A stretch of DNA of 52,513 bases. Origin: a candidate division FCPU426 bacterium (GTDB taxonomy: Bacteria; Oederibacteriota; JAAXVQ01; JAUVAV01). The DNA is taken from positions 1 to 52,513 of the forward strand of contig DAOWGI010000032.1 of NCBI GenBank assembly GCA_030637655.1. Direction: 5' to 3'. Both the position numbers and the translations under genes were made by a program. Under the pieces are notes generated by a model. That model was not told the origin of the DNA. It saw nothing but the letters and a program-made list of their open reading frames with translations, and did no database searches. This document shows positions 29,820 to 37,588 of this stretch, in pieces (within the stretch, counting starts at the first letter, position 1; the number at the start of each line of letters is the position of its first letter).

Positions 29820-30457
29820 GTTTTATTACCTTTATTTAATCGTTCAAGAATCCTTAACAAATGGCTTGCAACTAGAAGCATCTCGAATGCTTCATTAAAT
29901 GTTAGTTCAACATCACGATGACTATGTGGATTCTTATAGCAACTTATCGCACCTGCAAATAAATGTGCCATACCCTCTCTTTCAGCTTTAGGCGCCGAAT
30001 TATCTGTGAGTAGGCCTGATTCAATATCAAACGCCTTACGCATCAACGCTGTGCCAACATGACTTGCAGGCAAACCACTTGCTTTACGAACTCGTACTTC
30101 AACAGCTTTAAATGCTTGAAAAACTGCGGTATCAAATTCTTCGCGTTTTAGTGATGGATACGACTTTTTAATGATTAATGGATGAAACAGAAGAGTAGGT
30201 ACAAGAGTCCATTTACCAATCAGACGCTGGAATTGTTCCTCTTTAATCTGAACACCTTTCTTTGTCGGATAATAAACATCCTCTCCATCATCATCAGAAC
30301 CACGCTGAAAAAGACGTAGGTCTATTAATGTGTTAGGATTCTTTGAGTCCTTCACCCTTGTTAAACGAATCATTTTATAGCCTGGACCATATGTCTCGGC
30401 CAATATAGACTGATTTTCTATATCAGTTGGTTTTTTATTCTTTTTCTTTTTTAGCAT
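29816..30457 (-). CDS. fusion of PC4/YdbC-like ss-nucleic-acid-binding domain and TIGR02391 (Ymh) HEPN domain
   Basis: N-terminal LIDLRLFQ...YPTKKGVQI..EQF resembles PC4; C-terminal AVFQAFKAVEVRVR..G..LMRKAF...EREG...LFAGAI..YKNPHSHR fits TIGR02391. Start set at ATG 30457 after AAGGAG. Confidence 0.75.
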   Translation of the reverse strand: MLKKKKNKKPTDIENQSILAETYGPGYKMIRLTRVKDSKNPNTLIDLRLFQRGSDDDGEDVYYPTKKGVQIKEEQFQRLIGKWTLVPTLLFHPLIIKKSYPSLKREEFDTAVFQAFKAVEVRVRKASGLPASHVGTALMRKAFDIESGLLTDNSAPKAEREGMAHLFAGAISCYKNPHSHRDVELTFNEAFEMLLVASHLLRILERLNKGNKT

Positions 30458-30524
30458 TCTAACTCCTTGAGCCAATACCAATGCATTGATTTTCCTAACA
30501 ATTCGCAAAGCATTATAGAACAAC

Positions 30525-30834
30525 TGGTGCGAGGGAGAGGACTTGCACCCCTCTAGTTTCTCTTGGTGCAGGCAAACATCTTTATAAACGATAGTCTCTC
30601 ATCTGGATTGGAAGTGTCCCACTATGGCCCCGCAGAAACGCCACCCCGCACCAAACGCATGATTCAACGAATGAATTGATCATCAGAACCTCCTTGGCAA
30701 ATGCCGCGAAAGCCCCAACCTCCAATCCAAACAAGACACTTACGTTTACTTGGATGCTTACCTTCAGCGCCAAGCTGTTATCCACCTCGCTGCCAAGAAC
30801 CCCTGAAGCTCTCCTGCAAGGGTAGCCGAGGCGG
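30525..30834 (-). ncRNA. putative structured RNA with tRNA-like acceptor/T-arm/CCA end and ~210-nt rod (unclassified)
   Basis: 3' end AGGGG-TGCAAGT-CCTCT-CCCTCGC-ACCA (30552-30525); GCGAGG (30790-30785) pairs with CCTCGC; nested helices from 30774 to 30562 with many G-U pairs on the minus strand. Confidence 0.6.
30582..30683 (-). CDS. possible 33-aa peptide inside the structured element
   Basis: AAGGAGGT (30695-30688) 4 nt before ATG; MINSFVESCVWCGVAFLRGHSGTLPIQMRDYRL. Confidence 0.3.
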   Translation of the reverse strand: MINSFVESCVWCGVAFLRGHSGTLPIQMRDYRL

Positions 30835-30973
30835 TCGCATTTCTTACCATTGATTTTGCAAACCTCACTTAACTTCCATTTACTTATCACATAAGAATAT
30901 CCTTAATTTTCAATATTTTTCATTATTTTTCGACTAAATAAACCTACAAAAAAAACATAAAACAAATACAAAT

Positions 30974-32425
30974 TCAGGCCCAGATCGGGATATATTTCGC
31001 ATACTTTTTTGATTTATTATCCGGGTCGGACTCCTTAATTAATTGATTTTCAATAGTATCTGAAATAACTTTCGAAACAGGAGAATAATTTTTTTCGCTT
31101 ACATTAAATCTTTTTCTCAAGCTTTGATTAGTCATAACCTCGTTCGTTACATACTTTAAGCAGCAGTGCTGATAACACGCTCTGATCTTTTCCGGTTTAT
31201 TCATCTGTTTAAATGACTTTGCGGAATACAAAATTGCTTTAACATAATCATCTCCCTCAATAAATTCAGGTGCGGGCAGCTGATAGACTTCCGTCGAAGC
31301 AACTACTTTATCAATACCACTTCCTCGTTCTTCGCAAATATTTATTCTTCTCATAAATGAGGCCAACTGTTCATTCCTTGAACGTGGTGGATGATCAATA
31401 AATCTCAAGGGATCAATAAGCGGATTTCCGGCATTGCTGATTTCAATCCTGTCATCAAATATTTCAACCATTGGACTTGTTCCGGAAATACTGAAATCCT
31501 GATGTATTAGAGCATTTGCGACCAATTCCCGAATAGCAACTTCAGGATACATTTTGACTTCTTTCCGCAATGCCTTTCCCAAAATTTCATTTGCAGGTAG
31601 TTTGTCATTTATATAATCAACAAGCCTTTCAAAACCGGTTGCGTATCCTTTGCTCCCAATCTGTTCTTTTATTGTTTGAAGTCTGTTTTTTCCTTTATAG
31701 ACAATAACCCGTACAGCCTTACGAGCAATACTTAAAAAACTGCTTAGATCAACTGCAAATAATACTGCGCCCAGATTAGTAATATCATATAAATCTCCTA
31801 ATCTCTTGGTTATCCTCTCTTCCGACAATTTTTCTAAAATTGCCGTTTTATTCTCCGGCAAGGGAATGTTCATTAATCTAAAGTATTTTGGATAATCAAT
31901 AAGTTCTATAACTTCATCACTTGTCACATTATGTTTTGCTATTCCTTCTTCAAAAGATTGCGACAACATTTTCTGCCACAACATCTGCTCTTTTTCCGGG
32001 TGATCCGATAACTTTTTTTTATACGAACCCACACGAATATATTCTTGTCCTTTAAAACTCACAGGCCGATTTTGTGTCGCGTTAATTTCAAAAATAACCA
32101 GGCGTATTTCCTGATAAATATGTTCAATGATGGAAAAATGGACCTGAGGATCGAGAGAATGAATGAGCCAATTTTCTAATTCTTCATTGCCCATTTTTTC
32201 TTTTTTAGGTTGAAATTCAGTGCCTACCGCTTTATGGGTTTGATCTTCGATCCCAAATATTAAATACCCTTTTGATTTCGAATTCAGACAAGCTGAATTG
32301 GCAAGAGCGGAAATATATTCTCCAATTTGCTGTGGTTTAAAATTACTTACTTTAAATTCAAACCATTCTGTTTCGCCTGGCATTCTCCGCATTTCATCAA
32401 TTTTCGCATTGAGTCGCGCGCTCAT
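30974..32425 (-). CDS. Schlafen/AlbA_2 domain protein with HATPase_c_4 (RecG C-terminal-like) domain and C-terminal wHTH
   Basis: ETEWFEFK, ISALANS..GYLIFGIED, YIRVGS; YPEVAIRELVANALIHQDF, RIEISNAG, SRNEQLA, EERGSGI. ATGA-coupled to hsdM. Confidence 0.85.
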   Translation of the reverse strand: MSARLNAKIDEMRRMPGETEWFEFKVSNFKPQQIGEYISALANSACLNSKSKGYLIFGIEDQTHKAVGTEFQPKKEKMGNEELENWLIHSLDPQVHFSIIEHIYQEIRLVIFEINATQNRPVSFKGQEYIRVGSYKKKLSDHPEKEQMLWQKMLSQSFEEGIAKHNVTSDEVIELIDYPKYFRLMNIPLPENKTAILEKLSEERITKRLGDLYDITNLGAVLFAVDLSSFLSIARKAVRVIVYKGKNRLQTIKEQIGSKGYATGFERLVDYINDKLPANEILGKALRKEVKMYPEVAIRELVANALIHQDFSISGTSPMVEIFDDRIEISNAGNPLIDPLRFIDHPPRSRNEQLASFMRRINICEERGSGIDKVVASTEVYQLPAPEFIEGDDYVKAILYSAKSFKQMNKPEKIRACYQHCCLKYVTNEVMTNQSLRKRFNVSEKNYSPVSKVISDTIENQLIKESDPDNKSKKYAKYIPIWA

Positions 32426-34437
32426 TGTTCCGCCACCCCTGCCAACATATTCGCGATTTCTTTCTCTATCTGCTTCAATTCTCCTTCTATTTCCTCTAAA
32501 GGCCGCGGCGGTGTGTATTTATAAAAATAGCGGTTAAAATTAATCTCATATCCGACCTTGGTCTTGCTCTCATCAATCCATGCGTCCGGCACATGCGGAA
32601 GAACTTCGCGCTTGAAATACTCCTGAATATCCTCTTTCAAAGGGACATTTTCATAATCCCGTAATTCTGTATCTGCTTCAGGTTTGCCCTCTTTATCCAG
32701 GCAAACATCCGTGTTTTCATCTCTTTCTGCCAGGGCATTGATCATAGCTTTCAATAAAGCTGCCGGAATTGCAACACCTGATTGCTTGAATAGACTTTTC
32801 AATTCCTCAAGAAACTGTTCTCTGTTTTTCCACACTTTATCTGAGGACATGGAACACAAAGCTTTGATGATTTTTTCCTGCAATCTCCGGCCTTCCTCGA
32901 TCTCTGCTTGTGCTTGCTTGGTTTGCTTGCGTTTTTTGGAGGTTGCCAGATTTTCAAATGCTTTAGTTGATTTCATACTCTCTATCCGTTCAGGGGTCAC
33001 AGCGAAATTAAGGCGCAATGGTCTTTCCACTGTAATCCTACAATATCCAAAATCCTGATTGTCAAATTTCTTCACATACTCGTTTTCTTTAGCATTTCCA
33101 TAGAGCCTGGTTATCTCCGCCCGTTGATTTTCACAGATTTCATTGCGTTTGTTACCCAGGCTTTTCCGCATTTTCTTAAAAAAACTGGCTGCGTTGATAA
33201 GTTGGATTTTTCCTTTTCGCCGGGATGGTTTGCGGTTGGTAATAATCCAGAGATATGTTGATATCCCGGTATTATAGAAAAGCTGGTCAGGCATGGCCAC
33301 AATCGCTTCCAGCCAGTCATTTTCAATAATCCATTTTCGGATATCGCTTTCACCAGAACCCGCAGAACCGGTAAACAACGGCGAGCCATTGAACACAATA
33401 GCCAGCCGCGTACCACCGTCTTTCGGGATTTTCATCTTGCTGATCATGTGTAGTAAGAATAACAGCGAACCGTCATTAATGCGCGGCAACCCGGCTCCAA
33501 ATCTCCCGCCAAACCCTTGCTCTTGGTTTTCTTTCTTTATTTCATGTTCTTCAGGCTTCCACTCCACACCAAAAGGCGGATTAGCCAGCATGTAATCAAA
33601 TTGATGCTGCGGTAACTTATCATTGGTAAAACTATCGCCAAAATGAATATTTTCCATGCTATGAGCTTTGATCATCATATCCGATCCGCAGATAGCATAA
33701 GCATGGTCATTGTAATCCTGGCCAAATACTTCTAAAGTGGCGTCCGGATTTAGTTCACGCATATATTCTTCAGAGATTGAAAGCATACCGCCTGTGCCGC
33801 AAGCCGGATCATACAGTGTCTTGATTATCCCTTTGGTTGTTAAAATTTCATTATCAGGCAGAAATAGCAAGTCCACCATTAAGCGGATGACTTCGCGGGG
33901 AGTAAAATGATCGCCGGCTTCTTCATTACTGGCTTCATTAAAACGGCGGATCAATTCTTCGAAGATATACCCCATTTGAATATTAGGCACAACCTTGGGA
34001 TGAAGATCAATCTCGCAGAATTTGCCGACCAGTAAATATAACCGATTCGCTTCATCCAGCTTGGCAATATGCTTTTCAAATTCAAAATGGTCGATTATTT
34101 CCCGGGCGCGTTTGGAAAAGCTCTTAATATAATGGCTGAGATTTTTTGCAATGTTATTAGGATCGTCCTTTAATTTTTCAAAGGTAAATCTGCTGATGTT
34201 ATGGAATGATTGTCCGGCAACCCGGTTTAAAACCGGCTCAAGATTCTTTACTTTTCCGCTCTTGATGCTTTGGTATTTGGCCAGGACTTTTTCTTTGTTA
34301 GGTTCTAACACACAATCCAAACGCCTTAAAACTGTCATGGGAAGTATAACGTCTTTGTATTGGTTAGGCCGGTAAGGACCGCGTAATAAATCAGCTACCT
34401 GCCATATAAAACTAACTTTTTCGTTGAAATTGTTCAT
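32422..34437 (-). CDS. hsdM: type I RM methyltransferase subunit M
   Basis: FIWQVADLLRG, GDHFTPREV, DPACGTGG, NPPFG; true start MNNFNEK at 34437. Confidence 0.95.
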   Translation of the reverse strand: MNNFNEKVSFIWQVADLLRGPYRPNQYKDVILPMTVLRRLDCVLEPNKEKVLAKYQSIKSGKVKNLEPVLNRVAGQSFHNISRFTFEKLKDDPNNIAKNLSHYIKSFSKRAREIIDHFEFEKHIAKLDEANRLYLLVGKFCEIDLHPKVVPNIQMGYIFEELIRRFNEASNEEAGDHFTPREVIRLMVDLLFLPDNEILTTKGIIKTLYDPACGTGGMLSISEEYMRELNPDATLEVFGQDYNDHAYAICGSDMMIKAHSMENIHFGDSFTNDKLPQHQFDYMLANPPFGVEWKPEEHEIKKENQEQGFGGRFGAGLPRINDGSLLFLLHMISKMKIPKDGGTRLAIVFNGSPLFTGSAGSGESDIRKWIIENDWLEAIVAMPDQLFYNTGISTYLWIITNRKPSRRKGKIQLINAASFFKKMRKSLGNKRNEICENQRAEITRLYGNAKENEYVKKFDNQDFGYCRITVERPLRLNFAVTPERIESMKSTKAFENLATSKKRKQTKQAQAEIEEGRRLQEKIIKALCSMSSDKVWKNREQFLEELKSLFKQSGVAIPAALLKAMINALAERDENTDVCLDKEGKPEADTELRDYENVPLKEDIQEYFKREVLPHVPDAWIDESKTKVGYEINFNRYFYKYTPPRPLEEIEGELKQIEKEIANMLAGVAEQ

Positions 34438-34520
34438 ATTGAGTATCCAATCTTGTGGAAAAATAATGCAGTTATGTTTCGAATTGTACAATTTCCCGTG
34501 CGCTTTAACCAGTAAATATC

Positions 34521-37310
34521 TTAAAAACCAATATCCATATCCAAGGTGAGTAGTAATTCGTCTTCCTGGGGTTTGAAAATCAGCCCGGCATTCAGACGGG
34601 ACGGAACATACCAGAACAGTTCCATATCCAAATGCAGCTTCAGTCCAGTGGAATATACTGATTTTTCCAACCATTGGGCGGTATCAATATAACCATCCCA
34701 GCCTGCTCCCCAATCACAAAACACCTCTGCCCACATATCGTGAAAATAAACCGGCCACAAACCGAGACCATTATCAATATACCACAACGGAAAGCGGTAT
34801 CCGGCAGCAAAGGTCAGGTTGTATCCGGAATTGAATTGTCCTCCGGCATACCCCTGTGGTGTTGTGCTGGTATTCACACTTGGAAAAATACCTGCTTGGG
34901 CCAGGGCTCTGGTACTCAGTGTAATCGCATGTTGAGCCAGAGGCGAAGGCAGATGTAGCATACTGCTGCCGTATAACCGGCGGCCGTCATAGGCTTTGGG
35001 CTGCAAGGCGGCAGATACTTGGCTAAACAGGGAAAATCCTGAGCGCGGAAACAAATCTTTGGGTTGTTGGCAAAGATAACTAAAACTTGCGCCGCCCTGC
35101 CATCCGATGAATTCATCACCCGGGAAAGCGCGCGGATCAGCCTCAAGAATTTTATAGGCTTCATAGGCAGTATTCAGATTAACCGTAATCCGCGTATCCA
35201 ATGCTTGTCGCAACAACAAAGGCAACCGCACTTCCGACCGGAATCCCCGGGTCCGTGCCCAATAACGCGCTGTGTCTTCTTCCACTCCCGGTTGTCCCCA
35301 GCGCGATTGTGGCTGCTGGAAAGCGCTTAGGGTAAGTAAAAAGGGCAATTCTGAATTAAGGTAGGAAATTTCACCATAGACTTGTCCGCTAGTGGGCTGG
35401 CAGAGTATCTGTCCGATCCACCTATGATTCTCCAAAGGATCCTGTTGGCCGGAAGCAATGCCCCATAGCCATCCGTCTTGATCCATACCGGCCATGGGTA
35501 CCCAAAATGACGGGAGCAAATGTTTCCACGCCGAGTAACCCCGGCCCTGTGCAGGTGGCAAATCGAAAAGTTCGGACGCTTGCGGTTGCCTCTGCTTTTC
35601 CGGCAGGTTGACTGCGATCCAAGTACCGGGTTCAAATGGAGCCACTACAATCTGCTGATGATTTCCAGGCTGATACTCGGCAAAGGCTATTTTTTTATTA
35701 TCCGTAGAAATTGCCGGATCAAAAGCTCCCAGATAGGCATCCGTAATCTGATATAGTTTTTCCGCGGCAAGTTCATAAGCAAAAATTTGATGCGTCCGGT
35801 TCCGGTCTGAAACAAATACCAGGTATTTCCCGTCCGGCGACCAGGTAGGATCAAAATCACCGGCTTCATCCCAACCTGTGATCGGCGTGAGTTTGCCGGA
35901 TTGAATATCCACCAGACAGACATCCTGTTTTCCGGCAATCCGAACCACCGCTGCCAATTGAATGCCATCCGGAGACCAGGCAGGAGCCAGATACACAGCT
36001 CCCTTCGGACCGGGTATCAGCTGTACGGATTTGCTCTTGCTATTCACCTTTCCCAAGCGAGTAACTCCCTGCTGATTAACCACACAGACAATTTCCCCGT
36101 CAGAATTGACTGTTGGCGACCAGCAACGTCCGTTTTCAGTAAGGCGCTTTTCCCTTCCCTGTTCGGATACAGAAAAAAGGTCGGCAATATACGCATCACC
36201 ATAAAGCACATCCAACAGCAAACGGGATAAATAAAGAGTTTGCGATTGGGCAGCATAGGTATATTGACCGCGTAATAGATCCGGTTGATACAGCGGCGTT
36301 TCTTTCCCACTGGGCACATCAATAATGAAAAAACCCGAGTCTGTCGGTATGCTCTGCCGATACACCAGAATTTTATTTTCAGCTATCCATTGCGGCTGCT
36401 GATACTGAGTTTCAACAGCAGAAGTCAACGCCACGGCATTGGGCAGGGGCAAACGCGGTTGGCCGTAGATTTTATGAAAATCTCTGGTTTTTTCTATTTT
36501 CAATGCTTGCCATATATCTTCCGGATGTTGATTAGTCACTTGCCGCCAAACATAACCCAAACCAAAAAAGGGCCAAACACTCTGCTCTTTGCTTAGCTGG
36601 TCCAGCATTTTGGGATTGCTGACTGTTCTGCTTAAATAATGAATAAGATCAAATCCCGGCACATAGACCCGATCAAAGGGAAAGGAAAATCTCGGGTACA
36701 CACCAATCTGGCTTAAAGACCAGGGCGCTTCAGAAAGCAGATTGGCAGCCAATTTCATGCGGTGATACGTATTGTGACCGCGTCCGCCCGGCAGCAGCGT
36801 GGATTCTGAATAAATAGCCATTCCCTCCACCCACCAGCGCGGAGCCATAAAATTGAGTCCATGCACTTCACCAAAAAGCGAAGTTAAAATACCGGAAAAC
36901 CCTTCGTCGCGCATACCATGACAGAGATGGGCGTATTCATGATACAGCAAGGATTCCAGCCAGGTGGCATCACCCGGGCCAAACCCTTTACCGATCGGAC
37001 AGGTTAAATAAAATTCGAGCTTGCGGCAAATGGATTGCGCGTAGCCATTGGCCACATCACGCCTGGAATTGAGAACAATTGGGGTTTGTCCAAATGGCGC
37101 GTATCCGAACAAATCGCGTACTTTGGGATAAGCCTGTTCGGCAATAGCAGCAGTCCGCGCCGCGGCCTGGGCGCTGTTTTTTGGATAAATAATAATGAAA
37201 TGCTCGGTCTCCAGCTCCTGCCAATCCTGACCCGGTGTCCGCCGGGCCAGGGCCGGAAGCGCGGAAGCACAAATAAAGCATAACACTAAAAGAATACATA
37301 TTTTTTTCAT
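34521..37310 (-). CDS. secreted/outer-membrane protein: zinc peptidase-like domain, TolB-like PD40 propeller, Omp85-like barrel
   Basis: Signal peptide; HEYAH...WWVEGMA; PAWSPDG and PTWSPDG repeats; aromatic beta-strand C-terminus ending DMDIGF. Confidence 0.75.
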   Translation of the reverse strand: MKKICILLVLCFICASALPALARRTPGQDWQELETEHFIIIYPKNSAQAAARTAAIAEQAYPKVRDLFGYAPFGQTPIVLNSRRDVANGYAQSICRKLEFYLTCPIGKGFGPGDATWLESLLYHEYAHLCHGMRDEGFSGILTSLFGEVHGLNFMAPRWWVEGMAIYSESTLLPGGRGHNTYHRMKLAANLLSEAPWSLSQIGVYPRFSFPFDRVYVPGFDLIHYLSRTVSNPKMLDQLSKEQSVWPFFGLGYVWRQVTNQHPEDIWQALKIEKTRDFHKIYGQPRLPLPNAVALTSAVETQYQQPQWIAENKILVYRQSIPTDSGFFIIDVPSGKETPLYQPDLLRGQYTYAAQSQTLYLSRLLLDVLYGDAYIADLFSVSEQGREKRLTENGRCWSPTVNSDGEIVCVVNQQGVTRLGKVNSKSKSVQLIPGPKGAVYLAPAWSPDGIQLAAVVRIAGKQDVCLVDIQSGKLTPITGWDEAGDFDPTWSPDGKYLVFVSDRNRTHQIFAYELAAEKLYQITDAYLGAFDPAISTDNKKIAFAEYQPGNHQQIVVAPFEPGTWIAVNLPEKQRQPQASELFDLPPAQGRGYSAWKHLLPSFWVPMAGMDQDGWLWGIASGQQDPLENHRWIGQILCQPTSGQVYGEISYLNSELPFLLTLSAFQQPQSRWGQPGVEEDTARYWARTRGFRSEVRLPLLLRQALDTRITVNLNTAYEAYKILEADPRAFPGDEFIGWQGGASFSYLCQQPKDLFPRSGFSLFSQVSAALQPKAYDGRRLYGSSMLHLPSPLAQHAITLSTRALAQAGIFPSVNTSTTPQGYAGGQFNSGYNLTFAAGYRFPLWYIDNGLGLWPVYFHDMWAEVFCDWGAGWDGYIDTAQWLEKSVYSTGLKLHLDMELFWYVPSRLNAGLIFKPQEDELLLTLDMDIGF

Positions 37311-37316
37311 GGGCAA

Positions 37317-37346
37317 ATCATACCATGCCTATTTATCATTCTGCAA
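37317..37346 (-). promoter_or_regulatory. putative sigma70 promoter, possibly leaderless transcript
   Basis: TTGCAG-18 bp-TATGAT with TG extension; -10 ends 6 nt before ATG 37310 and there is no SD. Confidence 0.4.
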
Positions 37347-37588
37347 TATTTGTTCGCAGTAACCATAACAGGAAATATTTTTTTATTTCTGTTTAATGTT
37401 CTTTAAAAAGCGCTTCAGCGACCGGACTTTCATCTATTTTCAGGGGGTCAAACTTGTGTCCAGAGGGGAAGGTTAAAGTAAGTGACCAATGACAGGCCAT
37501 ATTTGGTTAGACGGTTTTTTTGGTTTTCCTTTCATTCTTTTTCGTTTTTTAAGTTACTACCCCGTTCACGTTTATTGTACGGTTGTTT

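Noticed and set aside
30525-30552. attL/attR tRNA remnant of an integrated island
   Set aside because: No integrase or second copy in the window; it lies mid-operon and is structurally continuous with the upstream rod.
30525-30620. Canonical tRNA-Leu gene
   Set aside because: Only the T-arm and acceptor 3' strand are tRNA-like; there is no D-arm or anticodon arm at tRNA spacing.
30525-30790. Standard tmRNA, SRP RNA or 6S RNA
   Set aside because: No G3:U70 or GGGG 5' end, no Ala-ending tag, no SRP helix-8 motif; 6S lacks a T-arm/CCA end. Not excluded without Rfam.
30582-30890. 102-aa ORF as a real protein
   Set aside because: No SD, no recognisable motif, overlaps the structured element; only the SD-led last 33 codons were kept, at low confidence.
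34438-34674. 79-aa N-terminal extension of HsdM
   Set aside because: Overlaps the upstream gene; HsdM similarity starts at MNNFNEK.
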